Positions 13,402-28,673 of a stretch of 64,000 nucleotides of DNA are shown in pieces. The DNA comes from Euprymna scolopes (taxonomy: Eukaryota). Numbering within the stretch: the stretch's first letter is position 1; every line of letters begins with the position of its first letter. A program made the position numbers and the translations under genes. Under the pieces are notes generated by a model that was not told the origin of the DNA, searched no databases, and saw nothing but the letters and a program-made list of their open reading frames with translations. The stretch is taken from the NCBI GenBank assembly GCA_053919585.1, contig CM132794.1; one strand, 5' to 3'.

Positions 13402-13598
13402 TCTATTGGTACTTTCAGTTTCGCGAAACGCTGGAAATTCAATCCGCTGGGTAAAAAATGTCAAATGTGACCGATTCATTAGCCGATGTAATGATAGTGC
13501 CGTTATATCAGCTGATTAAACTAGTTAAATTTGGTATCTTTAACCTTGCGGGCTGAGTTTCCAGTGTTTTCCGCCAAACTGAATGTACCGATGGATGA
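13399..13598. repeat. ~200-bp loopless imperfect palindrome (foldback MITE-like)
   Basis: 13399-13496 aligns to the reverse complement of 13498-13598 over its whole length (roughly three quarters identical by manual alignment). Confidence 0.85.
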
Positions 13599-14004
13599 TC
13601 AAAATAATGTTTACCGTACATGAATAAATGTGTAATTCGGTACTTATGCAGAATACAGACCATGCTGAAATAATAGCGTTATTATTCAGAAACCCATCTT
13701 AACAGTACTTTCATCTAACAATTTGATAAACAAACTATACCGTAAAAATTAAATTGAAAATCCTCAATCCGGAGTGTGTGAGGAGCTGAATTTTTCCTAC
13801 ATTAAAAAACAACCTTATGCCTAACTTTGCCCTCTTGAAGATGTGGGACAAATAAATAGGAATATGAAATTATTTCATAAAATTATAAATATGGTATCGG
13901 ATTTTTTAATCTAAAAATAAGTATGACAATCAATTAATTATATGATACTTTTATTAAATCTCGGCATAGATCGTTCTTGTGTTTGTAGATTTAAAACACG
14001 ATTG

Positions 14005-14043
<39 letters not shown>

Positions 14044-15929
14044 GCACTATTGCAGTGAGTTGAATTTGGGGGGGGTCTTCAACATTCAGATTACTTCGAA
14101 GAAACTATCTATTTTCGTTAGAATTTATCTATTCGCTATAAAATTTACATAAAAAATTAGCCACAAGCGCAATAAATTTCAAGGCAAGATAGAGGTTAAA
14201 CTAAGTACTTTCACCATAATACCGCATTTGCTCTAACGTTTGACCACTTAGAAAAACACCAGCGTTTTTTTTTTTAGTTGAAATATATTATTTTTATGTT
14301 AACATTATTTGTTAACTGCGCCATGCATGCAGGTAGAATCGTGACAGATCATTTTAATATGTGCGTATATGGGGACGGGTGGGGGGTATTGCTATGCAAA
14401 ATAATTTAAAACAATACTGTCTCTTTGGCATCGCTCTCTTCCACCTTATTTGTCAAGCACTAGAAGTGACATGACCAAATATGGGCATAGCTACTACATT
14501 TTAGGTAATTTTATAGAATCACGCCCGCCTCTAATTGTTTTCATTTTTTTTTTTTTTTTTTTTTTCGGTAAGTGATTACATGTGAACACCCTTGAAAACT
14601 TGACGAAAATAAAGACCCTCCTTTAATCCTATCACTACCCCTAAGTTCGGGTAATCGGTTTAAAGACGGGAGTGAATCTATAAATTGCCTCTTTTTATAT
14701 AGCAGAGGAAGGTGTGAATCTGGTGTTATCACTAAATTAATTTTCACACACACACACACACACACAAATATTTGTTTCGCCATCTGCACAATCCCTCTCT
14801 ATATAAAGTAAGCTATGTCGATTTCGTGTATCCACATAAAATGTTAAACAGATGTAATATTTTATGCATCGTTTGCAGTATTTACTGAACAGTGCCTACT
14901 GCCTAAAATATGTTTTTCTTTCTAAATTCTTTAGTTTCTGTTGACTTCCTGCTAATTTCCTAGGTCGGAGGCGTCAAAACAACGCTATCTCTTTTCGGAA
15001 CCTCAGCTGATTTTTTAATAAAATTAGATTACCAGATTCAAATGTTTCTAACTGTTCTTCCTTCTTTCTTTTTTTTTTTCTTTCCCCACATTTTTTTCTG
15101 ACCCCCTTTTTTTCTCTCCCTTCTTTTTTCTTCTCCCCTCTCTCTTCTTGTCACTCCTCTCTCCTATTTCTTCCTCTCCTAGACACACGTACGTCCACTT
15201 TTATTATATAGATATTAAATGAGATTTTTTTTTTTTTTTTTCAAATTAAAAAGAATTGTGACATCAAAAGAATAGTGTCCGTGATAAGTGAACACAACTT
15301 GATTATTTTTTGTAGCGGGTAAGGGGGTGACATTAAAACTTATGTAGCAAAATAACCCCCTTTCTAAAAATTGAACAACAAATTTAAAAACAAAGATTTT
15401 TTTTATTATAATTTTAGGATTTAGTGCTTAATGCAACATTATTATTATTTATGCACTAGAATTCTCTCGATAGCCATTACCAATGATCGCTCACTGGTAA
15501 AAACAAGTACTCTTCCCTTAAATCTGAGTGACAAGTTTTCCTAAATTTTCAGTACGCTCTGTTTTTCTAGTTTATCTTGCCTTTTTTTTCTTTTTTTTTT
15601 TTTTGCTTCATATGTGGACTATGTTTTGGGGTTGTTTTTGTTTTTATTACTAATGTAGTCACGACTTATCAAAGTCTAAAAGCCACTCGAGGATAACGAT
15701 TAATGAGTGTCAGGTTATTTCGGCTCCTATTCTCATCTTCAGTGTTATTTTCACATTGCGGCTGATGTAACCTCTGATCTTCAAGTAGTATGACATAACG
15801 GATAAAGTAACGGATGAAGATTAAAGGTTCAATCCTCAGTGTGGGTGATACTAAGAATACAACTGCAAGCTAAAACTTCTACCTGGTCACAGCTGATGGA
15901 ACGAATACTTGCTATCCCTGTGATTTATT

Positions 15930-16820
15930 TTTTTATTTTTTTTTTTTCTCATGGAAATCGCTCCAGACAAGGTATGAAGCCACTTAATGTAAGGAGCTAA
16001 CAAGAACAAAAGATGATTATTGCAAAGATAGATGTGTATTGACCTTAGTTTTGAAAAGACCAAGGTTGTAGGTAGGAGGAAACAGTCAGCAGAAAGAGTT
16101 TCAAAAGCTTGCAGTGTTTAGGAAAAAGTTACTGAAATAGGAAGCTGTATTATGAGGTAGTAAAACGGCGAATTGTTGGATACCATTAGTCAAACAAGCT
16201 GGAACAAAGGAAACGGAAAATAGATCAGACAATTTTGAAGAATTGTTACCATAATAGTATTTATCTTCTATTATATAATAGGCAAAATGTGTGTGTCTGT
16301 GTCAGTGTGTGTTTGTATGTATGCCAAATATTTTTGACACCTGCAACAAGCACTGACAAAATTGGTATTGTTAGAAAGATCAATCTCTTGGACAACAAAT
16401 GTCCAAAAATTAGCCAAAAACATTTATTCTTTGACCGTCAACTTTTTGCAAGTTATTCATGCCTAGCGATCTCAAGCGATGTTTAAAACATGTTATGTCG
16501 ACTGTTCTTGACATCACAAGTCATGTGGGCGAGACAGCTAGCGCATTTGCTTTTTTCACCTCCTTTTCTTCTTAGCATTACAGGTTCGAGCCTGGCTGCT
16601 GCGGCTAACTTTTTTTTTTTTTTTTTCGCAAGCAATCCTCGCTGTTATTTTCGTTGAAACAATTCATTTATTTATTTTTTTAGGGCTGGGGGTTGGTTGC
16701 TCAATAGTTTCAGTATACCACCTCTTTATACCCAGGCAACGCTGAGTACCCCCACTAGTATATATAAAAAAAAAAAAAAAAAAAGACTAAGACAGACAAC
16801 ATCACGTCTGTAAGAGAAAT
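15930..16820 (-). mobile_element. CR1/L2-group LINE 3' fragment interrupted by a Helitron-like element
   Basis: Poly(A) tail read as a T-run at 15930-15947; the minus strand encodes SYRRDVVCLS (about 16785-16815) and YYGN (about 16245-16257) on either side of the insert, matching SHRRDVASLS...YFHG of the intact LINE at 62170. Confidence 0.6.
16264..16758 (+). mobile_element. Non-autonomous Helitron-like element (family B)
   Basis: A|TC start, TATATAATAG plus a GT-rich microsatellite; 3' hairpin cccaggcaacgctgag and CTAG|T at 16755-16759; internal GGTTCGAGCC. Confidence 0.7.
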
Positions 16821-17343
16821 TAAAGAAAGGTTTTTTTTTTTTTTTTTTTAATTCCGTACAGATTCCCAAATTCAACAAGATACACCTGAAGGTTAGAGGT
16901 TAGATTGGCTGAAACATTGTAAAAATAAAATTCAAGATGGCAACAGTAGCCTGAAAAATACCAATAAAACAAAATGAGTCTGCTTCGGACTGACCATCTA
17001 AAAATATTCAATTATAAGATAAGCAAAATGCAATTTTTGTGATTATTATTTAATTATGCAAACAATTTAACACAATATCGGATTGTTTATTTCCTGCATG
17101 TCGATGTGTTTGCTCAGGGAATTTATGAGAGAAACAATCAGGATCAACAGAGTTAATCCGCTTGTTGAACAGATTAAAATAACTCTTTGAGATTAGCATG
17201 GATTAGTATTTTCTTTTTTTTTATACAATTCATGCGAAATGCTTCCTTCTTTCTTTTTTTCTGTCTATTGTCAAATGGAATAAGTCTCTCTCTCTCTCTC
17301 TAATATATGTATATATATATATATATATACACACACACATGGG

Positions 17344-18100
17344 TTGATTGAACTGAGCAAGTATGTGAAGAATTTTAACTATCTTGGTAGTAAAGTTAAT
17401 CCAAGTAGAATTTTGGATGAGGAAATTGTCCTATTGACAATTTCCTCATTGCAAAAGCGTCTAGCGTATTTGCCAAACTACATCACCATCTTTGGAATGA
17501 TGGGTATTCATCTTGAGACCAAAATCCAAGTGTACAAAGCTGTCGTCCTCACTTCTCTTCTGTATGGATTGAAGTCCTGGACCCTGTATCGTAGACGGAT
17601 ACAGCAGCTAGATGTTTTTCACAATGGACGTCTCTGAGTAATCTGTGGATTAACCCAGGAGGACAGAAGATCCAATGCTGATCTTCTAATGATCTGTAAT
17701 ATTGATGCAATTGAGTTTCCTCATGAGGGCAAAGTTACGATGGGTTGGTAACGTTGTACAGATGCAAGACGATAGAATTCCAAAGATTCTCATGCACAAT
17801 CAGCTTGAAGGTGGTCAGTGGAATATTGGCCGACCATTGCTCAGGCTTAAGGATAAGCTGAAAAGTAATCTTACAGCTGCAAATGTTGTGCACACTGATT
17901 GGAGGAGTGCAATTTACACTGGAATCAAGAATTTCTCTGCATTCAACATCCTCAAGCTGCGAGAAACAAGAGAAAGAAACAGAGCTTCCAAGGGTGTCGG
18001 ATCAACGTGTCCACAGTCTTGACCAGTCTGTGGTTTTTGTTCCATTTCATTAGTTGGTCTTAAATGTCACTCTAAATTTAAACATAAGGTTTATTAAATG
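17344..18100 (+). mobile_element. RTE-clade LINE fragment (post-RT region), pseudogenised
   Basis: FNYLGS, TKIQVYKAVVLTSLLYGLKSWTLYRR and LRWVGNVVQMQDDRIPK are typical of RTE elements; frameshifts and stops. Confidence 0.85.
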
Positions 18101-18144
18101 GTCGCCGGAACCTTATGCATCGAAATAGACAGGAAAGTCCATCA

Positions 18145-18800
18145 TATATATTATATAAAAGTCACTTTGTGTGTGTGTGTGTCTATGTGTCTGTGTGAGA
18201 GAGAGTTACGAAATGGCTGAGCCTATCTTTTGCAAATTTCGTACAAAGGTAATTTATGTGTCTGGCAGTGTTCTTAGATGTTTTGTACAGAAATTCATCT
18301 GATAAGTATCAAAAATTGAAAAAATTTGATCTTAAAAATAGTCTTATAGATAAAAAAGAATTTTTATAGGGGAATATTTTACATTACATTGGCCAAGAGA
18401 AATAATAAAATTTCAGCAAATAATTTCTTTTTATAAAAAAAAAAAAACAACATTTATTGTAATCTAGAGATATAGCTCAGTGGGAGAGCATTCGACTACA
18501 GATCGAATAATCCCCTGTTCAAGCCAGGGTGTACCTCCTTTTATTTTAATTTTTCTTATTAATGAGTCCAGTTTATGATGAAAGCGGTATCATTGTAAAA
18601 TCGCCGCGAATCATTTTTTGTCTGCAAATTTAAAAAGTAAACATTAATCAGAAGTGACTTTTCCAGGGCATTCATCGTCAAGCCCAAATATCAGCTGACG
18701 TCCTATTGTAAACACATACAAATGGAATTTGATGAACATTATCAATATATTTTTTTTTTTTTACTAATTAGTCCACTGGGCAAATTATTCTTCATAATAT
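18145..18800 (+). mobile_element. Helitron-like element related to family A, carrying a tRNA-Cys copy
   Basis: 5' TATATAAAAG, a (GT)n tract and gaaatggctgagcctatc...tctggcagtgttcttagat shared with 2631-3342; 3' end uncertain. Confidence 0.5.
18466..18537 (+). pseudogene. tRNA-Cys pseudogene
   Basis: Ungapped match to eukaryotic tRNA-Cys (TATAGCTCAGTGG.AGAGCATTCGACT.CAGATCGA...TCCCC.GTTCAA); anticodon GCA changed to ACA; acceptor and T stems damaged. Confidence 0.85.
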
Positions 18801-18913
18801 ATAATAATTAATAGAGGATTGGTCCAATAATAATACATACGCAATCTGCATAGATTAAGATATTATGTTTAAGTGTATTGTATAACTAGGCAACCACAGG
18901 CAGCTAGCTTGTA

Positions 18914-18972
<59 letters not shown>

Positions 18973-18982
18973 ATATATGTAT

Positions 18983-19316
18983 ATCTTCTTCTTGGCTTGA
19001 CTTCACAAACTAAGATCCTATGAACGGGGCTGTCCACGTTGACTGCAGGCACACTTGTGGCTGAGAAGCCTAGTGCAAGACAAGCAGGTTTGGTTGTAGC
19101 GGCTGCAGTCAAGTCACATCAGGTACGGCTGCTGAGGCTTCCTGGATCTTCCTCCTGCAGCGTTTCTCCCATAGATTCTCTGTGCGGGAGACCTCAAAGA
19201 AGGTGGCAGCCTAGTGGACAGTGCATTGCCAGATGTCACAATCAGCAACGAAAGTAGACCACTGGTGGTCAATGTGGCGATCACTGAGGGACTTCTTCAG
19301 AGAGTCTTTATATCTC
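18983..19316 (-). mobile_element. RTE-clade LINE 3' end
   Basis: The minus strand reads RYKDSLKKSL...HIDHQW, then a degenerate C-terminal Cys/His motif and a CAAGCC(AAG)n tail. Confidence 0.75.
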
Positions 19317-19332
19317 TGAATATATATATATA

Positions 19333-20950
<1,618 letters not shown>

Positions 20951-20970
20951 TATATATATATATATATATA

Positions 20971-21790
20971 CGAGCAAGCCACTCGACATTGCTCAATGGT
21001 AAAATATGTTTAAGTATGATATTTTAATTCATGCAGATTTTGCATTTATTATTATAGAGCCAATTCTCTATTGATTATGATATTGTACCCAATATGTAGT
21101 AGTGCCTCCCTCTGGCATGCCCGGTCGTAACATATGCTTAAATATATTTTAATTCATGCAGATTTCGTATTATTACAGAGCCAATACTCTATTGAATATT
21201 ATATTGTAGCAGTGGTTTCAAGTTTTAAGAAATGACTTGGATGCCATCAGCTAGAATCGAAACCAAAACATATAACTCTCCAGCCTTATTTGTTACAGTC
21301 TGACCTAAATCTATATGTATACAAAAACTTGAAAAAATAAGATATAAATGTATATTTGCACACTAGGTGTGGGGGGGGGGGGCTTCCCTTGTTGTAAAAT
21401 ACACTTAAACATGATATTCTAATTTGTCCAGATTTCATTACAGTCATGATTTCAAAAGTAAAATAAAAGTATTTGGGTGCCATCAGCTAGAATCGAAAGT
21501 AAAATCGTATCATTCAAAGCTGGTGACGTTACCACTGTACCAACGTGACACACATATAAACTTACTTTATTTTTAATAAGATGAATATCCAAAATTTATG
21601 ACTATTTTTTTTTTTTTTTTTCAATTTCGACTCCTTAAAATCTGTTTTAACCAGCTAAAGACCTATAAAAGAATGGTTTATAAAAATTCAATGATTTGTA
21701 GTCACTAGAACCATTCTGTGACTTTTAGTTCCGGGAGAGATAGTTTGAAAATATGGAGACAGACAGACATATAGTCTTTTATATATTAGA
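20971..21790 (-). mobile_element. Non-autonomous Helitron-like element (family C) with duplicated 3' modules
   Basis: Minus-strand 5' TCTAATATATAAAA at 21790; 21400-21790 is collinear with 49170-49597; contains a tRNA-like segment at 21476-21550. Confidence 0.65.
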
Positions 21791-21894
21791 TGTGTGGAAA
21801 GCCAAGTTACAATTTTATTTAATTTTGGTCCCTTAACATCTATTTTTACCAGCTAAAAACCAAATTAAATTTGTTACATAGATTTGAATCTCAT

Positions 21895-23103
21895 ATTTTT
21901 TTTTATTACATTTTCACCTCAAACAAGGCATATTGCCACTTTGGTGTAGGGGGCTACTATCAGGGGCAACAACTACTGGGGTACTATGTAGGGATTTGGG
22001 CAACAAGATGTTGGTTCACGTTACACTTGAACTTCTGCAGGTCAGTACAGTTGAGGAAGCAGGGACCTGGAATGGAATTCCAAAGTCTAGCGGTTCTGGG
22101 AAAGAAACTACTGGAGTGGAAAGATCTTTTACATCTAGGGATCTCTACAGTGTGGGGGTGGGATTTAGCAGCCTGTCGGGTTTGTCGAGAGTGTTCACAT
22201 TGTGGGGGCACAAGTGCTTGCAGTTTGTCAGAGCATTCACCATTAAAATACTTGTAGAACAGGCAGAGGGATGCAACATTGCGTCGATGGGACAGAAGCT
22301 GAAGCTTAGTTCAGGGCCTATCAGATTTGCGACTTTCTTTTGAATCTTGTTAAGGAGCGAGAGACTAGTAGCAGATGCACCAGCCCAAATATGACAACAA
22401 TACTCCATACATGGGCGAATGGTGGCCTTATAGAGGTACAGGATACTTTCGGGTGTTAGTAGTTTTCTAGCACGGTAGAGAGAGCCCACCTTCCTTGCAG
22501 CCGCCCTGGCAATGCCTTCAATGTAATTGTTCCAACTCATGTTTCCTGTGAACGTTAGGCCAAGGAGTTTGAAAGATGTACTCTTAGATAAAGTCGTTGG
22601 CCATTGCTATAGGTGATAGAGAAGGTTTCTTTTAATTATTGAATGAAACTAGTTTAGTCTTGGTGGTATTGAAGGTGACCATCCATTTTTGTCCCCATTC
22701 CACTACAGATTGGAGGTCATCCTCTAGTGTTTCTGCCATTTCTTTAGATATGTGTTCATTTGTTTTCCTGTCGTGCCTGTTATAGAGTGTGGTGTCATCA
22801 GTATATATACCCATCTCAGAGCCAATTTTGTCGGGGAGGTCATTTATGAATATCAGGAACAGTAGAGGTCCAAGGATAGACCCCTGGGGGCACTCCCACA
22901 TTTATATCATATTGTTTAGATGTTCGACCGTCGAGGACAACCTGGATTTTTCTCTTATCTAAGAAGGATTTAATTATGTTAAGTATTCTACCAGTGATAC
23001 CGTATGATCTAATTTTCCTGAGGAGACCCTCATGCCATACCCTGTCAAAAGCCTTAGATATATCTAAAGCTACCGCTCTGCCCTCCACCGCTTTGTCCAG
23101 TGA
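21895..23103 (-). mobile_element. CR1/L2-group LINE RT fragment, frameshifted
   Basis: ALDISKAFDRVWH, PQGSILGPLLFLIFINDL, YTDD and ILYLYKATIRPCMEYCCHIW across shifted frames; T-run tail near 21896. Confidence 0.92.
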
Positions 23104-25850
23104 ATGGTACGTTCAGATATATATATATATATATATATATCGAGTTTCAAGTATGTAGACCAAAAATTGGCAGCAGTTTGGTTGAGACCATTCTCTGTTA
23201 AAGGGTCAAAATTGGAAAATATAATGACCTTGGCAGGAATAAGTCTATTAAACCTGTTACTTCTACATTTGCAGGAATATATATTTATACAATAAAGTCA
23301 CTTAATTTTTAATGTTTCCTTGTTCATCTGTTGATAGCACAAGCATTAACTACTAAAGCTGCAGCACTAAATGTTTTTGTTTCGATTCTAGCTGATGGCA
23401 CCTAAGTCATTTTTGATTAACTTTTGAAATCACTATTATATATTGGGTACAATATAATAATCAATAGAGAATTGGCTCTATAATGATAAATATAAAATCT
23501 GCATGAATTAAAATGGATATAATATAGAGATATAAGTAAACATATTTTCTCTTTAGTCCATTTTGACCTAAATGGCATTGCATCTGACAGACCGATGCAA
23601 TTTCACTTTATAGTTGTAGCATATTCTTTACATTAAAAAAGTGCCTTTTGCTTTAGTTTCTTTCTAAAAATAATTATTCCAGCAAGGAAAGTTATTACAA
23701 TGGGGATAATTTTAAATAATGAACTAAACTGCTCAAAATGTAATGTAATTTCTATTTTCACTAAAAGCTAAAAAAAAAAAATTATCTTCCTTACATTTTA
23801 ATTTTTGGGGGTTTTTTTTTGTTTTGTTTTTTTTTTTCAGTTTCATTGTGAATTACACATTTTCTTTTCCTTATATGAAAATTGAAACACGAATGATATT
23901 GATTAATCTTAGCCAACACCAGAAGAGTTGATGAAAAAGTAAATAAATGTTAAATGAAAAAAATCTCATGCAGTGTGTATGAAAGATAAAGCGTCTCACT
24001 ATTAAATTGCATACACCATTTCATAGCTTGCACATGTCTGACTTTTGGTACTGGTCTTTACTAGAAATAGCAATAGTTTATTTGAAGCAAAAAATTTTAC
24101 AGTTAAATGCCCTTCCTAACACTAACTCCTTTAAACGGACGAGTTCTCTGCTAATTGGGACATTGCGTTTGTCCGTTGTCAAGAATATGATCACTCACAC
24201 AACTACTTTGACCTTTAACCTGCTGCCACACTTTCATTGGACACCCCAGAAACTACTACTATCCATGAGAATAACAGAATTGTTTATCGTGGTTTATGCC
24301 TCCAGATCCGCCATGTGATAGAAAGCTGAATTCTTTGTGCTTTTATGAGAAGGAACAAGAGATTGAAGCTCAGTCGAGCACATTTACAAGTATCTGTAGA
24401 GTTATGCAAGGAGCATGTTGAGATCACCATTTTGTAGTAGGTTGCTTATTGGCCTTGTACGCTTTCAAGGAAAGAGTCACTAAGTTTGAGATAAAAAAGA
24501 TTAAACTTCTTTACAATTTAAATTATTTTTATTCAAACAATTTCAACACAGAATAGTCTGTAAAAGAGCTAAGAAAACAGTAATACAAAATAAGTTGCAT
24601 CTTAAAATGTGCAAAAGAAAAAAATCTATAAATGCTTATGCCCTATGGAACCCTGCACAGGCAGAACCTGCATTTACCAAAAATGTGCTGTAAAAAAAAT
24701 CACCTTCTTAATGGACAAGAGTAAATTAGCAAAAGTAAAAACTGCTAATTAAAAACTAAAATGCATGTTAGTTTTTATTTCTCTGAAGTTCAATCCTTGC
24801 AGTCTGTGTTTGGCAAAAACTCAAGTTTCATGGTTGGCAAGCCCCAACGGGAGAATATGAAAATGTGGTTCCATTGTAAGAAAGTTGATGGAACTCCAAA
24901 GATTGAAATGTATGTCGGACAAAAAGTTGGCAAGCGAGAGAGGGTTCTTTGTTGAATCCCATGAAAGATACGACATGATAAGAATACGCAAAACTTGTAG
25001 AAAATCTCAAAATCTAAAAGTTATTTTTTAAACTTCCTGAATCTGAATTGTGGCATCAACCTGCTGAAGAACAGGAAATAAAAAAACAACAACAAAAAAA
25101 CTTATGACTGAATTAAAATTGATATAAGATATTAGTTTAAACCTGCTCTTTGACATCTTTATCTAGCTTCTATCATTTCATAGCCAGTGTGAATAAAAAT
25201 ATTTTTGAAACGTTTTGGAAAAAACTAGTCTACTCAGAAAGCAAGGAATTACAATGACTGTACTTAAATATTGTTTTTATTAGTGAAAAAACAATAGAAA
25301 TTGTTTTTAAGCAAAAATAATTCGTTTTGAATTAATGCTAAATACCTTTTATGCCTACATTTTTACAAAAAAATAAGTTCCTTAGTCTTGTGAAAAAAAG
25401 AAAGGCAAAATGTTTATGTAATTACATGGATAAAAAATATATTACTTAATGTATGTATGCAAGAGTGTTGCATAGGGGTAGTTTCTTTTTAAGATGACAA
25501 ATATTATATAGTTGAGTGTTCATATTGGAGAGACATATATCGGGTACCTTTTAAAGAGAGACTGGGATATTCCTTGATGAGGGGAGAGATAGATAGAAGA
25601 AAAGAGGCATTTATACAGTTTAGTCTGTGGTTCTTATAACATATTTCTTCTTAACACATATATTAGGAGAGGGATGAGTTATCAGTTTTTTTATCACAGG
25701 AGGGGGCTTCATTGCTTATAATGGAGGGAGACACATTTCTTAAGATGATGGAGAGACACATTACTTAAAGATGGGGTTTACACAATGTTCATTATCAAGA
25801 TGAGTGTAGAAACAAAGTTCATATGAATACAATTTCACTTTATCTTTGTT

Positions 25851-26244
25851 TGTTGAGAATGACACAACACAAGATGCAGTTACAAAATGATGATGTTCCT
25901 TTATTTCTTCAACCGGTCAATGAAGACAGCCAGAAATTCAAAGTCACTACATGATTACAACTTCTAACCCTTCGCTTCCAAAGGAGGATTCGTCCGACTC
26001 GACTCTCCTGTCTAACTCTGTCTCTGTTCTCTATCTAAAACTAGCCCTATATTGAGAATTCATTTCTCAGCCATGACGTCATCGCATGGCCAAAAACATG
26101 CTTGATCGATCCCGTGGCCTGAAAATGCCTCACATGTCTCGTTTGCTTCATGTCCGAGAATGTGCTCGACTAACATGCACTGTTCACACATGTCTGCAAA
26201 CAAGAATTATCTTGCCTATTTTCGGCCTAGCCTATTTTTCAATA
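25851..26244 (-). mobile_element. Solo LTR, 394 bp
   Basis: TGTTGAGAAT...ATTTTTCAATA inverted termini (terminal CA mutated to TA); 4-bp TSD TGTT (25847-25850, 26245-26248); minus-strand AATAAA near 25900. Confidence 0.75.
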
Positions 26245-26886
26245 TGTTAAAATTTGCTATTGTTCGTTTTTCTAACTGACCTTGTTTCAATTCAATTTTC
26301 ATAAACAGAATTGAATCATCAAATTCCTTTTCAAACAAACATATCTGCTATTTTATATTAAAACTAAACAAAGCGGGAGAAACAAAAAAAAACAAAAAAA
26401 AAAAAACGGTCTTTTTGGGGCCAACACCAAGAGTGAGCAGATGGAAAGATTCCTCGCGCCACCATGTCAAAAAGCAATGAAAGTAACCAGTGACCAGATA
26501 TGATGGCGGATAAAATGAAGGACTCAAGCCCCCATGAAAAGAAACTTCATATTCGACCGCCAGAAAAAAATAAATCTATATGGAAATGATACCCACATGG
26601 AATGATGTAAAATGACGCCCATCACGTACAAGTTTCAGAGAAAATGTCAACCAATTGGAAAAGCCTACAGAAGGCAATGTATTTGCGTTCACATACTTTT
26701 AAAAATAATAATAAAAAAGAAGCTACGCTGGCCATGTGACATATTCTATCGGCAGTTAATACCCCATTTCTAATACCTCAGCTCCCAAACCCAAACCCCG
26801 CCTCTATACGTGTTTATTTTTCTTTTGGACTGTTATTCCAGAACGATATTCACGTCAAGTTGTTTTCACTTTATCCCCCCACGCCC

Positions 26887-26921
<35 letters not shown>

Positions 26922-27499
26922 TAATTTCTCGTTGCTCGACCTCACCCCCAGCCCACTGAGGCGTTACATTAAATTTCAATCATATGCTTGATAAAACCCT
27001 TATGATATTTTATCCATGTGTTGTCATTCTTGCTTCACGTTTGAATTGTTCAGGTTAAATGAGATATTCATGAACCATAGATAACATGTCATTCTAGGAC
27101 GCAAGGACGCAAATCTGCACTGATACACTTTAAATCTTTTTCTTTTATTTTTATTCTGTGTTACGAGAACGTAGGGTGAAGTGCCATTTTAGAGTCGAAG
27201 ATTTTAACCAGAGGTGATCACCCCGACAGCTCCTCCCAGCCCATAACAGTATGCAAGAGTAATGAGGGTAACATCACTTGGAGAAGGTGCACCATTCATC
27301 ATAAAAGGGTTAGTTATAGCAAAGAAATCTAATTTGTGCTGCGAATACCATGTGGCTTTGAATATTTAGTTTAATTTTAACAAAAAACATCCTCATGCCA
27401 GGTTACTCCGACAAACCTCTGTACAGAGACATTAGACATTCGAGGATAGTGTAGGCATTCAGGTTCAGATTTGTATGAAATAAGCTATACAAAACTACC

Positions 27500-27790
27500 G
27501 GACACATAGCATAGTGGATAAAAGCATTGGTTAATAGATATTCTAGAGTGAATTATGCTTAAACATTGTGAGTTCAATCCCAGGGGAAGTAAATTTAACT
27601 GTTAGAACATATCTAAACAGGTAGCGAATGCAGAATGAGATCAATGTATTTTCATTGGAATAAAGGATTCAGTTTTAAATTCCTGTACCCATAATTACAA
27701 AAAGCACCTGAAGAAGGTGGGGGGAATACAACGGCCAAAATATTATGGCGAAAGTAAGAAGCAGGAATTATGTAAATAACACTACCATAC
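27500..27790 (+). mobile_element. tRNA-headed SINE-like element with hammerhead-type tail
   Basis: A-box-like TAGCATAGTGG at about 27507; B-box GAGTTCAATCC at about 27570; tail CAC CTGAAGA AGG...CGGCC AAAA at 27705-27740 (GAAA mutated). Confidence 0.6.
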
Positions 27791-28371
27791 TTCAGAAATT
27801 GGGCAAGGTGTAGCACCTGTTAGTTTACCTCTGATATTCTAAAGGGTTACCATACAAACGTGGTTGCTTCTCTAGCGTCTGAGGGAATGACCACCTTTTT
27901 TACCTACAAAAGTCAAAAACTTCAGCAGCTGTTTCTCAAGCAGACAAAATTAAACAAATCAAGGACTGAAAAATATGCTGGCATGTGGATGACTCTTGCA
28001 GCAAACAGTCAAGTGAAAGAACACTGCGAAAAATTTCTTAAATCTGAATGTATGGCTGTGAATGTGGATGAAGGGTTGCAATCAGTTAGGAGATTTGATC
28101 GTCTTGGATTCTGTGCCTGGCCAAGATGATGGGTCTGTTGTTTGTTCAACTTATACATGTCAGAAAAATCCATACATAGGCATCTACCGAGGTACTAATA
28201 CTGAGACAGAAGATCAATGAGAAAAATGGTATCTCGGAAATGTAGTCCAAGTCTATGACTGTTATTGTCCTAACAGAAATGTATGGTATTCAAGTCTAGT
28301 GTAGTTGTCAAAAATGACAACAGCAAAAAAGGTATGCTTTGCCAGTGTTCGGACTCACTATTTATCTAGAT

Positions 28372-28673
28372 CAAGGGTTCCCAACCTAAGGACCGTGCAC
28401 TCACTGGGGGTGCGAGACAATATTCCAAGAGGTGCAAAATATTTAGATAGAACATAGGCTTTTGTTACTCTTTTGTGTTTTTGTTTTCCTTTGCAATGTA
28501 CTGACTTCTTTAATTTTAGAGTTAAATATTGTTATTAAGTGGCCATTAAATACATGATTGAATAGATTTAATCCAATCGTACATTTAACAGCGAGTTCAA
28601 AAATTTAAAGGGGTGCAAGATTTTAAGGGAATTTCTTGAGGGGTGCAGACTAAAAACAAGGTTGGAACCATTG
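28372..28673. mobile_element. hAT/Charlie-type MITE
   Basis: Termini CAAGGGTTCCCAACCT and AAGGTTGGAACCATTG; left flank ATCTAGAT fits the NTCTAGAN target preference; right TSD not preserved. Confidence 0.6.

Larger units (their letters stand above)
15712..16960 (+). mobile_element. tRNA-headed SINE-like element with hammerhead tail and inverted 5' tail copy, split by nested insertions
   Basis: Inverted tail at about 15712-15790; B-box AGGTTCAATCC at 15825-15835; body to about 15927; resumes at about 16850 (tacagattcccaaattcaacaagatacacctgaagg...ggctgaaacattgt). The same order is seen uninterrupted at 53890-54130 (-). Confidence 0.6.

Noticed and set aside
18466-18537. Functional tRNA-Cys(ACA)
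   Set aside because: Acceptor and T stems are mispaired and it is embedded in a repeat.
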